From contig NW_025765431.1 of assembly GCF_003918875.1 (NCBI RefSeq), positions 62,001-126,000 of the forward strand: a stretch of 64,000 nucleotides of DNA, given 5' to 3'. The notes under the pieces were generated by a model that searched no databases, was not told the DNA's origin, and saw nothing but the letters and a program-made list of their open reading frames with translations. How positions within the stretch are numbered: the stretch's first letter is position 1; each line of letters begins with the position of its first letter. Source of the stretch: Haliotis rubra (lineage: Eukaryota). The position numbers and the translations under genes were made by a program. Positions 23,631 to 36,523 of this stretch are shown piece after piece.

Positions 23631-24872
23631 TTATTGGAAAACAGAAAGCCTGTGCATTTCCTGGTCGTCAAACCTCCTGATAAAAGGTCTCGTGGTTGGG
23701 TTCTTGGCTGTCGAACATCGCTGCGTGATACCACACAATTTTTGAAATTCCTCTCTGAATTTGACGCTAAATGTGCTGTATATAATAGGATTAGCTGCAC
23801 AGTGAAGATAATAAAATCTCAAAAACAAATGGTAGACACTGAGCGTGGCGACGCTTTGATTGAACAAAACATCCCCACTGAAATGTTCAATGACACGTAA
23901 GATTAAGTTAGGTAGAAAACTTAGGTAGATGACGACTGTCGTTGTTGCGATCATAAGGGTTGTACGTTTAGGTACGGTGAACATATTTGACTGGTTTGTT
24001 GAATATCTCAGAGTGCTTGCCGATATCCTGGCTCTTCTCCACGATGTATTGCTGGATTCAGATATCGAACGCAGCTTCACAGTCGATATCATTTCGCGCA
24101 TGACCTTTTGATATGGGAGAACAGCTTTGCATCGACACCGCCGAAGCAACAGTAGCTTCCGAGCAACAAGAAGGTATAACACAGCTATGGGAATTGCTCC
24201 CAGCGTAAACATAGCCAAGAAAACACATCTGTAAATCTTTGTAAAGATGCTATCTTTGAAATAATCCTGTATGCCACATCCATGGACAAGAACGCCCTCA
24301 AACGGTGTCTTCGCAGTCTGATCCCCATATAAAACGAAAGCTGGCCAGGTTAAGCCAAGAGCAAACGTACACACACATAGTCTTAAACTGCGAGCTGTTG
24401 TGACAGTCATCTGATTCTTTAAAGGAGTACAAATCTTTCTGAATCGGTGTCCAGCGAACACAACCAGAGCTCCGGATGACGCTGTGGCGCAGAATTGTTC
24501 CATGAATACATAACATTTACACAACAGAGGACTTGGAAATGTTGCGTTGTTTAACAAAGAAAGGATCTCAGCAGGTAGAGCAATTGCCGTGCTCAGGAAG
24601 TCGAACAGAGCCACTGTTAGGATGAAGCTTCTGGTAGCGCTTTCTTTAAACTGTCTGCTGTACACTATGAGAACTGTGATGTTGCCGAAGAAGGAAATTG
24701 GACCCACGAGTCCAGTAAAGAAGATTGCTGGTTGCAAGACAGCTCGGTTATTGGCTTCCAAATCTTGAAGGTATCTCCTTGCTTCAAGGTCGGTTCTTGG
24801 TTCATTGATTCCTGCCGTGGCGGTTGGTGTCGTATTCAAAAACGACGAATTGTTGTCCATTGGATTAAACAT
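23631..24872 (-). CDS. Rhodopsin-like (class A) GPCR, neuropeptide-receptor-like, single coding exon nested antisense in SDR intron 1
   Basis: Seven hydrophobic segments with GN (TM1), LALFD (TM2), TM3 Cys, HRF in place of DRY, WP (TM4) and NPIIY (TM7); N-glycosylation sequons in the N-terminus. Acceptor tttcag|AG just before ATG 24872 suggests the start is here (or at 24860), not at 25037. Confidence 0.9.
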   Translation of the reverse strand: MFNPMDNNSSFLNTTPTATAGINEPRTDLEARRYLQDLEANNRAVLQPAIFFTGLVGPISFFGNITVLIVYSRQFKESATRSFILTVALFDFLSTAIALPAEILSLLNNATFPSPLLCKCYVFMEQFCATASSGALVVFAGHRFRKICTPLKNQMTVTTARSLRLCVCTFALGLTWPAFVLYGDQTAKTPFEGVLVHGCGIQDYFKDSIFTKIYRCVFLAMFTLGAIPIAVLYLLVARKLLLLRRCRCKAVLPYQKVMREMISTVKLRSISESSNTSWRRARISASTLRYSTNQSNMFTVPKRTTLMIATTTVVIYLSFLPNLILRVIEHFSGDVLFNQSVATLSVYHLFLRFYYLHCAANPIIYSTFSVKFREEFQKLCGITQRCSTAKNPTTRPFIRRFDDQEMHRLSVFQ

Positions 24873-27128
24873 CTCTGAAATGTACATAAAAATGTGTTCT
24901 AAAATGTGTATTCTCTGTAGGAACGTCATCATATATTTTGTTAACACCAAGTACAGATGAGGCTTTCTATGAAGTTTTTTAACTGCCTTGTCTAAACAAA
25001 ACTGGTTCGTGAATGTCAAGGTCAATGGCAGGACCACTCATATATTTCTATTGTTTCGTCCCAAAATAAACCCTTCTTTCAGTACAGCACCTAAACAACC
25101 CTATCCAACCCCGAGTCACACAAGTCAGGGTCTATACCGAAAACCGAACACGATATTCATACTTTATCAACTACGCTATATTCGTTCAACAAGTGTTGAT
25201 GATAAAATGATGTACATCACAACGTTAATACACATTTTCGTATTCCTGTTCTCACAGTCCAGCCAAGCGTCATGTTAACCTTAGAAACTGGACCTGTGAA
25301 AGTACATATAGATTAAACGTAAGTACAAATGTACAAATCACCATAAAGTGTATTTCGTAAATTGGGATTCCATTCTCAGGTATGTCATTGATAGCAGTCT
25401 ATGACAAACACATCACAAGGGGTGTTTCTGTCTTTGTAAGTCTAAGTTTGTGTATCACACGGAAGACAGCTGAGCATATCATGGCCTATGTGTGAACGAA
25501 ACTGTATGTTACATGCCATTTATGGAATATACACAAGTATCATGTAAGAACAACATAATATTACCACTTTGTGGATGAAATTATAACCTAAATGTATAAA
25601 ATGGAAGGCGCATATTTACCGGATAGCACAGTGAGGACAGTGACGATGCTGCTGTTGTCTACGTGACCGTATTGTCACATATGAGGGAGAGGGATGTGCA
25701 CTGATGAGGATGGGAATGTGGGGTTCGAGATGGCGAGAAATATATTGTATCAAGTCAAGTGGTTATAAACATTCCATTAATCTACGTCGGAATATAACTG
25801 ACATAATGTTTAAAGTGACAATACATTAAAGTGACCTGTCTCTAAAAACGCTTGTCACAAACAAATGGTCAGAATTCTGTGCAAAGCATGAATATCTTTG
25901 GGCATATGAGGAAATTACAGATTGATAGTGCCTGTTTCTTAAATATGAATTTGATTTAAATTCAGTAAAGGCATCATGGGCATCATCATTCATACCTATT
26001 ATTCTATTGAATTTAGGATAGCAAATACACCATCAGGCAAGGGTAAACATGACCATGCTTCTTACTGACCTAGTTATGTAAGAGGGTAAGGGTATTTTAT
26101 CATTTTCTGTGTTTTATGTTTGAACCTCGGTAGGTGTTAATTGCAGTCGGACAGACTTTCCACATTAGCTTCCTTTAAATTTAGAGTCGAAGATTGTCCA
26201 GAAACTAGTCAATAAAGTGGCCACGAGAAAGACACGAGTTGACATCGTCTTCATATTCGTCACCACTCGCCGTTTTCCGTAACCTTCACAATGACTTGTT
26301 CCCCAAGACATGGATGTTCTGTGAAAATTACGACAAACTAATCAGGCTGCGCGTATGACCGGCCAAAGAATCCGCCAAGAATACTTTGTGATTTTACATC
26401 CGTCTTGTAACTAACACTATATCCCAAAATATTTGTGTTCATCCTTAATGTTTATCAGTGTAAATCCAATGTGTTTTAAATAGCATCTGCAACAGTTATG
26501 ACACAAGAAGATACATACGTGAATCATTACGGACACTTCTTTTCACGTTTTTCACTTCTCTTGTGGGGCACGTGTCGCTATTCGGCTGGTCCCGGAAAAG
26601 CACGAGTCGTTCACGAATGCAGTCAGTTAATGACACGAGTGGTCACGCACCTAGTAGCCTGTGTTAACCAGGAACTAAACAATGTCTCCATGTGCTACCA
26701 GAGGGAGTGTACAGAGCCCCATCTAGATATTTCAATGGGATCCTTCCGAATCACGAACCATAGTGCTGAAACTTCCGTGAACGTCTAGGAGGTACTGATA
26801 CGCTGAATTAGATAAGTGCTCAACGTACATTGTTCCTATGTCAGCCTTACATCAAGAAGAGATAACTTATTTAACAGGCGAAATAGAATTCATGTAGTTG
26901 TTTTCATTAAGTTTACAAAGCGGTACTTTCCTTTCCAACGATATGCATATAACATAACAGCACCCAGGAAGCAAGACATTTTGGTACTTCAAATACACAG
27001 GTATTGTTATTTTTCCTGATATAATTCTATTTTTGTATTTTTATAACTAACCTTGCTGCGGATACGCAACGTACATTTGTTCTCTTTAGGCATCAACTTC
27101 AAATTCATTTTCTTCAATGTTCTTTTAG

Positions 27129-27329
27129 GTTTTGGTCATCAGCTGGCACAACGTCTGGATGAACGAGGATGTAACGTTATAGCGACGTGTCTGTTAGAAC
27201 GAGGGTCCGGAGCCACTGAATTAAAACGAGTCTCATCTGAGCGCATGCGCGTGCTGTGTCTTGACGTCACTTCCGATAACAGCGTCGGACAATGTATGGC
27301 GCGTGTGCAAAGCATAGTTGGCGAGGCAG
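27129..27329 (+). CDS. SDR dehydrogenase exon 2
   Basis: ttttag|GT...GCAG|gtgtgt. GFGHQLAQRLD...LDVTS completes the Rossmann motif TGCDSGFG. Confidence 0.9.
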
Positions 27330-27389
27330 GTGTGTATACAAGCATACATAAACTCCGAATGTGTTTATTAATATTCATGCTGAATTTAG

Positions 27390-27666
27390 GACCCGTGAAG
27401 GTCCGCGTTAGAATGAACCTTCAGTAATCCATGCTTGTCGTAAGAGGCGACTAACGAGATCGGGTGGTCATGCTCGCTGACTTGGTTGTCATCGGTTCCC
27501 AATTGCGAGGCTCGCCGACTTGGTTGTCATCGGTTCCCATTTGTGCAGATCGATGCTCATGCTGTTGATCAGTGGATTGTCTGGTCCAGACTCGATTATT
27601 TACAGACCGCCACCATATAGCTGGAATATATCTGAGTGCGGCGTAAAATTAAACTCACTCATTCAC
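27390..27666 (+). mobile_element. tRNA-less non-autonomous retroposon (type 2, ~250 bp); about 20 copies, e.g. 1150-1396, 3035-3283, 4935-5180, 16244-16622, 17172-17425, 21830-22059, 38730-38964, 45109-45534, 46829-47070, 52495-52727, 56588-56836, 58141-58388
   Basis: Starts GACCCGTGAAG, ends with a stem-loop tail plus (ACTC)n or (AAAC)n; 15-bp TSD TCATGYTGAATTTAG; no pol III A/B boxes seen. Confidence 0.9.
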
Positions 27667-27950
27667 TCATGTTGAATTTAGCAATATTGGAGAAATATGA
27701 CAACAGGGCACACTGTCTTTATGCAAATCTTAGGCCATGGGCATGTACATGGATGTAGTACATATGAGTGTAAAAGGTCACGTGACCGCTAGCGGAATAT
27801 GCATATTAATGAAAAAGCTGAGGTAGCAGAAACTGTTTTCGCGATTAAAATATAAATAATAATATTTGTGCAGTAAAACTGGGGTACATGTTTCTGGTGA
27901 CTTTATTTTGTTATTGCAATTTTCCAGTTTTCTCCTTTATTATATTCCAG

Positions 27951-28103
27951 GCCTTTGGGCGCTTGTTAACAACGCTGGAACCATGCCGCTTGGCGACATA
28001 GAGTTTTACAGCATGGATGATTTCAAACACACAGCGGAAGTCAATATGTTTGGCATGGTGCGCGTGACCAAATCCTTTTTGCCTCTCATCAGAAAATGCC
28101 AAG
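27951..28103 (+). CDS. SDR dehydrogenase exon 3
   Basis: ttccag|GC...CAAG|gtatat. GLWALVNNAG...EVNMFG...FLPLIRKCQ. Confidence 0.92.
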
Positions 28104-29564
28104 GTATATTACAAAATACGAAAATGGTAAGAGGAACAAGAATGATTTTCTTATTTGAGTTTCTTAGTTTGCCTTTCGTAGACATCTTTTCTTGAACATC
28201 AATATTTTTTTGTTTTCTTTCCCACAAATTTGCAGTATTTGAAACATGTTAGGGGTTGAGTATTTGCAAATTCACTTCATAATTCTTTCTCCATTCAACC
28301 AATTATATCATGCAAAAATAAGCAAAGATTAATGTTTTACTAAGTGTGTTGCACCAGTGAATATAGTCCGTTTGATTTCATTTGAGACCTATTTCGTGTT
28401 AGTGAGTGAGCAATTCATCGGTATCAAATGAAATCAAACGGACTGTAGTGATGGGTAAATAACCGAAATCAGTTCATCAACGGTTTTCTTTCCGTATTCA
28501 ATGACATAACAGTGCAAACTCGACTCCTCACGAGTTTAAAGCCAGGGATCACCTCTGTATCACATTGGGTACAAATGCCTGTCACGTTTCCTACTAATTA
28601 CATATTTTATGTTGACGCCGTGTTTTTCAAACTGAAAAGGTAATATCAAGCGTCTCGCTTGGATAGCTCGTTCGTTGGGCATTCTTTTCCACTATCGGTC
28701 TTGTGCGCAGCTCTTCAGTGTGACAAGCTGGTACCACCACCCTTCTAGTTGATTTCGTTGTGCGTACAAATGATGATTGTCGTGAAACCGAGGACCCTTC
28801 CCCAACCAACCCGTGACCAATGATTGTCGTAAGTGGCGACTAACGGGATCGGGTGGTCAGGCTCGCTGACTTGGTTGACACACGACATTGTATCCATCTT
28901 GCGTTGGTCGATGCTCATGGCGTTGATCACTGGATTGTCTAGTCCAGACTCGGTTACATACAGACCGCCGCCATATAGCTGGAGTATTGCTGAGCGCGAC
29001 GTTAAACAACAACCAAACCAACATTCCCCTACCTGATTAACCTTTTTCTCTGCATTTTCCCGTCAGTGTGCAGTCAGGGGCGGTGGGGTAGCGTAGTGGT
29101 TAAAGCGTTGGCTCGTCACGCCGAAGACCAGGGTTCGATCCCCACATGGGTGCAATGTGTGAAGCCCATTTCTGGTGTCCCCCGCCGTGATATTGCTGGA
29201 ATATTGCTAAAAGCGGCGTAAAACTAAACTCACTCAGTCACTCACTCAGTGTGCAGTCTCGAACCAATCACATTAAACAAACAACAGGAAACTACGCCTT
29301 GAAACTAGTAACACAACATTCGCTGTCATCACATTCTCCCCAAGACACACACAAAAATAAAAATGTCTCTTTTTGTGTCTCTCCCTCTTTATTGGCAGTG
29401 GGCGCTTCAACACTGATACCGAAGTGTAAAATAGGTTTCATGCTCATTCAACAGTATACATAAGGGAGATAACTCTACCTTCCTACTCCGACGGTGCTGC
29501 GAAATCGAAGAGTCTGATAACTTTATTCACCGCTGTTTCAGTCCAAAATGTCTGTTCGTTGCAG

Positions 29565-29752
29565 GTCGAATTGTGAACGTGACGAGCGTCCAGGGACTAG
29601 TCTGCACAACCCACTGTGCTGCTTATAACATCAGTAAATTCGCAGGAGAGGCGTTTTCAGATTCGCTCCGAATGGAAATGGCACGGTTCGGAATCAAAGT
29701 GTCCATTATAGAACCTGGAAACTATGGCGGAGGAACGGGGATGTTGGGAAAT
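29565..29752 (+). CDS. SDR dehydrogenase exon 4 (catalytic)
   Basis: ttgcag|GT...AAT|gtgagc. GRIVNVTS, YNISK (YxxxK) and IEPG motifs. Confidence 0.92.
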
Positions 29753-29932
29753 GTGAGCTGTACAGGTAGTGTGAGTGAGTAATGATATTAACCTCTTTTG
29801 GCAATATTCCAAAACATCACGGTGGGGAACACCTGAGATGGGCTTCACGCAGTGTGGAGAATCGAACTGGGGCCTCCGACGTAACCAGTGAACATACACC
29901 TATCGACTGTAACCAATTTCTAGTGTTTTATG

Positions 29933-32900
29933 TATGAACTGAGTAAAACCTTTTATTCTATCGACACAAATCTCACTGCTGTATGTCTGAATTGAGCCAA
30001 ACACTTTTACAATATCGACACAATTCTCAGTGTTTCGTGTCTGAACTCAGTAAACCCTTTCACAATATCGACACATTTCTCAACGTTTCGTGTCTGAACT
30101 CAGTAAACCCTTTCACAATATCGAAACATTTCTTTGTGTTTCGTGTTTGAACTGAGTAAACCCTTTCACAATATCGACACATTTCTCAACGTTTCGTGTC
30201 TGAACTCAGTAAACCATTTCACAATATCAACACATTTCTCAGTGTTTCGTGTTTGAACTGAGTAAACCCTTTCACAATATCGACAGAATTCTCAGTTTTC
30301 GTGTTTGAACTGAGTAAACCCTTTCACAATATCGACACATTTCTTAGTGTTTCGTGTTTGAACTGAGTAAACCCTTTCACAATATCGACACAATTCTCAG
30401 TGTTTCGTGTCTGAATTCAGTAAACCCTTTCACAATATCGACACTATTCTCAGTGTTTCGTGTCTGAACTCAGTAAACCCTTTCACAATATCGACACAAT
30501 TCTCAGTGTTTCGTGTCTGAACTCAGTAAACCCTTTCACAATATCGACACAATTCTCAGTGTTTCGTGTGTGAACTGAGTAAACCCTTTCACAATATCGA
30601 CACAATTCTCAGTGTTTCGTGTCTGAACTCAGTAAACACTTTCACAATATCGACACAATTCTCAGTGTTTCGTGTTTGAACTCAGTAAACCCTTTCACAA
30701 TATCGACACAATTCTCAGTGTTTCGTGTTTGAACTCAATAAACCCTTTCACAATATCGACACAATTCTCAGTGTTTCGTGTCTGAACTCAATAAACCCTT
30801 TCACAATATCGACACAATTCTCAGTGTTTCGTGTCTGAACTCAGTAAACCCTTTCACAATATCAACACAATTCTCAGTGTTTCGTGTCTGAACTCAGTAA
30901 ACCCTTTCACAATATCGACACAATTCTCAGTGTTTCGTGTCTGAACTCAGTAAACACTTTCACAATATCGACACAATTCTCAGTGTTTCGTGTCTGAACT
31001 CAGTAAACCCTTTCACAATATCGACACATTTCTTAGTGTTTCGTGTTTGAACTCAGTAAACCCTTTCACAATATCGACACAATTCTCAGTGTTTCGTGTC
31101 TGAACTCAGTAAACCCTTTCACAATATCGACACAATTCTCAATGTTTCGTGTCTGAACTCAGTAAACCTTTTCACAATATCGACACAATTCTCAGTGTTT
31201 CGTGTCTGAACTCAGTAAACCCTTTCACAATATCAACACAATTCTCAGTGTTTCGTGTCTGAACTCAGTAAACCCTTTCACAATATCGACACAATTCTTA
31301 GTGTTTCGTGTTTGAACTGAGTAAACCCTTTCACAATATCGACACAATTCTCAGTGTTTCGTGTTTGAACTGAGTAAACCCTTTCACAATATCGACACAA
31401 TTCTCAGTTTTCGTGTTTGAACTCAGTAAACCCTTTCACAATATCGACACATTTCTCAGTGTTTCGTGTTTGAACTCAGTAAACCCTTTCACAATATCGA
31501 CACAATTCTCAGTGTTTCGTGTCTGAACTCAGTAAACCCTTTCACAATATCGACACTATTCTCAGTGTTTCGTGTCTGAACTCAGTAAACCCTTTCACAA
31601 TATCGACGCAATTCTCAGTGTTTCGTGTCTGAACTCAGTAAACCCTTTCACAATATCGACACAATTCTCAGTGTTTCGTGTTTGAACTCAGTAAACCCTT
31701 TCACAATATCGACACATTTCTCAACGTTTCGTGTCTGAACTCAGTAAACCATTTCACAATATCGACACATTTCTCAGTGTTTCGTGTTTGAACTGAGTAA
31801 ACCCTTTCACAATATCGACACAATTCTCAGTTTTCGTGTTTGAACTCAGTAAACCCTTTCACAATATCGACACATTTCTTAGTGTTTCGTGTTTGAACTG
31901 AGTAAACCCTTTCACAATATCGACACTATTCTCAGTGTTTCGTGTCTGAACTCAGTAAACCCTTTCACAATATCGACACTATTCTCAGTGTTTCGTGTCT
32001 GAACTCAGTAAACCCTTTCACAATATCGACGCAATTCTCAGTGTTTCGTGTCTGAACTCAGTAAACCCTTTCACAATATCGACACAATTCTCAGTGTTTA
32101 GACTGTGTTTGAACTCAGTAAACCCTTTCACAATATCGACACAATTCTCAGTGTTTCGTGTCTGAACTCAGTAAACTCTTTCACAATATCGACACAATTC
32201 TCAGTGTTTCGTGTTTGAACTCAGTAAACCCTTTCACAATATCGACACAATTCTCAGTGTTTCGTGTTTGAACTCAATAAACCCTTTCACAATATCGACA
32301 CAATTCTCAGTGTTTCGTGTCTGAACTCAGTAAACCCTTTCACAATATTGACACAATTCTCAGTGTTTCGTGTCTGAACTCAATAAACCCTTTCACAATA
32401 TCGACACAATTCTCAGTGTTTCGTGTCTGAACTCAGTAAACCCTTTCACAATATCAACACAATTCTCAGTGTTTCGTGTCTGAACTGAGTAAACCCTTTC
32501 ACAATATCGACACAATTCTCAGTGTTTCGTGTCTGAACTCAGTAAACCCTTTCACAATATCGACACAATTCTCAATGTTTCGCGTTTGAACTCAGTAAAC
32601 CTTTTCACAATATCGACACAATTCTCAGTGTTTCGTGTCTGAACTCAGTAAACCCTTTCACAATATCAACACAATTCTCAGTGTTTCGTGTCTGAACTCA
32701 GTAAACCCTTTCACAATATCGACACAATTCTTAGTGTTTCGTGTTTGAACTGAGTAAACCCTTTCACAATATCGACACAATTCTCAGTGTTTCGTGTTTG
32801 AACTGAGTAAACCCTTTCACAATATCGACACAATTCTCAGTGTTTCGTGTCTGAACTCAGTAAACCCTTTCACAATATCGACACTATTCTCAGTGTTTCG

Positions 32901-34345
32901 TGTCTGAACTCAGTAAACCCTTTCACAATATCGACGCAATTCTCAGTGTTTCGTGTCTGAACTCAGTAAACCCTTTCACAATATCGACACAATTCTCAGT
33001 GTTTCGTGTTTGAACTCAGTAAACCCTTTCACAATATCAACACAATTCTCAGTGTTTCGTGTTTGAACTCAGTAAACCCTTTCACAATATCGACACTATT
33101 CTCAGTGTTTCGTGTCTGAACTCAGTAAACCCTTTCACAATATCGACGCAATTCTCAGTGTTTCGTGTCTGAACTCAGTAAACCCTTTCACAATATCGAC
33201 ACAATTCTCAGTGTTTCGTGTTTGAACTCAGTAAACCCTTTCACAATATCGACACAATTCTCAGTGTTTCGTGTCTGAACTCAGTAAACCCTTTCACAAT
33301 ATTGACACAATTCTCAGTGTTTCGTGTCTGAACTCAATAAACCCTTTCACAATATCGACACAATTCTCAGTGTTTCGTGTCTGAACTCAGTAAACCCTTT
33401 CACAATATCAACACAAGTCTCAGTGTTTCGTGTCTGAACTGAGTAAACCCTTTCACAATATCGACACAATTCTCAGTGTTTCGTGTCTGAACTCAGTAAA
33501 CCCTTTCACAATATCGACACATTTCTTAGTGTTTCGTGTTTGAACTCAGTAAACCCTTTCACAATATCGACACAATTCTCAGTGTTTCGTGTCTGAACTC
33601 ATTAAACCCTTTCACAATATCGACACAATTCTCAATGTTTCGTGTCTGAACTCAGTAAACCCTTTCACAATATCGACACAATTCTCAGTGTTTCGTGTCT
33701 GAACTCAGTAAACCCTTTCACAATATCAACACAATTCTCAGTGTTTCGTGTCTGAACTCAGTAAACCCTTTCACAATATCGACACAATTCTTAGTGTTTC
33801 GTGTTTGAACTTAGTAAACCCTTTCACAATATCGACACAATTCTCAGTGTTTCGTGTTTGAACTGAGTAAACCCTTTCACAATATCGACACAATTCTCAG
33901 TGTTTCGTGTCTGAACTCAGTAAACCCTTTCACAATATCGACACAATTCTCAGTGTTTCGTGTCTGAACTCAGTAAACCCTTTCACAATATCGACACTAT
34001 CCTCAGTGTCTTATGTTTTAACAGTGAACTATTTCACAATATCGACACTATCCTCACTGTTGTACAGGGGCGGTAGGGTAGCCTTGTGGTTAAGTCGTTG
34101 GCTCGTAACACCGAATACTCGGATTCGATTCCTCACATGGGTACAATGTGTGAAGCCCATTTCTCGTGTCCCCCGCCGTGATATTGCTGCAATATTGCTA
34201 AAAGCGGCTCAAAACCATACTCACTCACACAGTATTATATATATGACGTCAGTAAACCCTTTCACACTATCGACACAATTCTCATTGCTTTATGTCTATT
34301 TCAGTAAACCCTTTTACACTATCGACTCAATTCTCAGTGTTTTAC
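29933..34345 (+). repeat. 53-bp satellite array, ~80 units, in SDR intron 4
   Basis: Unit CACAATATCGACACAATTCTCAGTGTTTCGTGTCTGAACTCAGTAAACCCTTT; homogeneous core, degenerate edges, SINE inserted at 34067. Confidence 0.97.
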
Positions 34346-34402
34346 GTCAGTGTTTTACGCTTTTATACTATGCATTTGACACAATGTTCATTGCTTTAAC
34401 AG

Positions 34403-34639
34403 ATGGAAACCCATCGAAAGAACTACGATAGGATGTGGCGTGAGGCAAGTGATGACGTCAGAGAGGTCTACGGCAGACAATACCTGGAGGATTGCTACAC
34501 AAAACTGATTGCTGCAGCCAGACTCGGACGCAAAGACCTGACCCCTGTCCTTGACTGCATGGAGGATGCGGTGTTAGCGGCAACACCCCGTCATCGATAT
34601 CTGATAGATGGAGGAAACTCACTATTTGATATCTACTGC
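34403..34639 (+). CDS. SDR dehydrogenase exon 5
   Basis: taacag|ATG...TGC|gtaagg. W...VREVYG..Y and PV...DA...PRHRY are typical of the SDR9C C-terminal region. Confidence 0.88.
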
Positions 34640-35225
34640 GTAAGGGGTTTAGTCTTCATCACGTTGTTTGCGGATGTCATAACACCAATAATCTGTTTTT
34701 ATAGCGAGTGAGTTTGGTTTAACGTCCCTTTTAGCAATATTCCAGCAATATCACGGCGACGAAACCAGAAATGGGCTCCACACATTGTAGCCATGTGTTG
34801 AATCGAACCCGGGTCTTCGGCGTGAGGAGCGAACGTTTTAACCACTAGGCTACCTCACCGCCCTGTTTTTCGCAGCCACCATTAGTGGTACGATCATTAG
34901 CAGTATATGCATTAGAGTCATTTGATAAATATTTCAACGTTATCTGTTACTGTTGATACTTTTGAATGCCCTGAAGAAAACCCAAATGCTTATGAGAATG
35001 AATTAATGTATTGTATTCTTATGTTAGACAAGGATCCAATGCTAATTCTAGTGTGGCTATCAAGTGCGAGTCCTGCATGTTGTACGGTCAATAATCGCTA
35101 GCTCCACATCCATCAAAGTCATTGGTCGCTGTCTTACAGGCGTCAAGAACTGTTTGCCTTGTTGATTGTCATTACCGTTAATTGGTGATCGTGTTTCAAC
35201 TAACTTATTTCATTGTTATTTTCAG

Positions 35226-35294
35226 GTTCTTGCTCGTCTTAAAGCGTTTATTCCTACACCTCTGTACGATTACATAGCACGGGAGTATCTGTAG
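35226..35294 (+). CDS. SDR dehydrogenase exon 6 (stop)
   Basis: tttcag|GTT; VLARLKAFIPTPLYDYIAREYL*; AATAAA at 35335-35340. Total 322 aa if the exon 1 frameshift is corrected. Confidence 0.8.
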   Translation, partial: VLARLKAFIPTPLYDYIAREYL

Positions 35295-36353
35295 ACGGTG
35301 AGATGGTGAGACTCATTTGAATTTGTAGTTAGGAAATAAAGTTTGCTTTACCCCTACTGTTGTGTAATAAATCATAGCTTTGCCATGAACGTTTATAGTC
35401 AAAGGAAAAGGACGCTAAGATGGTTCAGTACAAAAATGTATGAAATATACTTGTGAAAGGTAACACCTGTGATTGTGCGCCTTCCAATCCTTACTTCAGC
35501 GGGCAAGAAGGCGAGTTCTATGCACAAGACTTCCTCCTTGCCCCATATTTTTTTAACTTTTGGCGCTTATCTTATATATGAAGCTGCGGCATTGAAACAT
35601 ATGCTCGTCGTATATCGTTCATGTATGCTATGACCGAATTTGCAGACATTTCCAAGCATTAACTCAAAAGTTGACACCTCAGGAAATGCTTTATCACACA
35701 GTATCGCCAATACATTCCTCTTAATTGTAATTTCCGAATCTTTACTAACTGTACTAGGGTCGGAAATATGATTATTTCTTTAAGTGAAGTGAGTGAGTGA
35801 TTTTAGTTTTACACCGATTTTAGCAATATTTCAGCAATATCACGGCGGGTAACACCAGAAATGGGCTTCACACATTGGGCCCATGTGGGGAATCGAACCC
35901 GGGTATTCGTCGTAACGAGCGAACGCCTTAACAACAAGGCTACCCCACCGCCCCTCCTCAGGTGGAGCAACACTTGTAAGGTTGTACATTTTCAAATGTT
36001 TTCATACCTTAGAAACTTATGCATGATTCCGGATGTCAAGGGTATCTAATAGTACACTTATTATGTTCATATTACCAGTACAAACACAAGATGATCACAT
36101 AATTTTCCACTTTGTGAAATACTTTCACATTGTGTTATTTTCTCAAAAGCCTTTGACATCAACGCTAACATGACCGACGAGGGCCTGGCTAAGATAAGCA
36201 TTGTTATGCAAGCGGACATGTTTCCATTAGATCCCCAGCTTAATCTCTTCCCTTCAACCCGTTTATCAGTTAGCGTCTCTGAGAACCATTTAGAAGTTGG
36301 ACCAGTGAGGAAGGATAAGAAACTATGAATGATCAACTCCATATTACAAAGAG

Positions 36354-36523
36354 GGGGCGGTGGGGTAGCCTAGTGGTTAAAGCGTCCGCTCGTCACGCCG
36401 AAGGCCCGGGTTCGAATCCCCACATGGGCACAATGTGTGAAGCCCATTTCTGGTGTTCCCCACCGTGATATTGCAGGAATATTGCTAAAAGCGGCGTAAA
36501 GCCATACTCACTCACTCACTCAC
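36354..36523 (+). mobile_element. Type-1 tRNA-SINE, full length
   Basis: TSD TATTACAAAGAG on both sides. Confidence 0.92.

Noticed and set aside
24873-25037. N-terminal extension of the GPCR ORF
   Set aside because: Non-ATG start, and it reads through a good splice acceptor at 24875-24876; probably intron.
29933-34345. CRISPR-like array
   Set aside because: Units are contiguous and near-identical with no unique spacers; there are no cas genes and the context is a eukaryotic intron.
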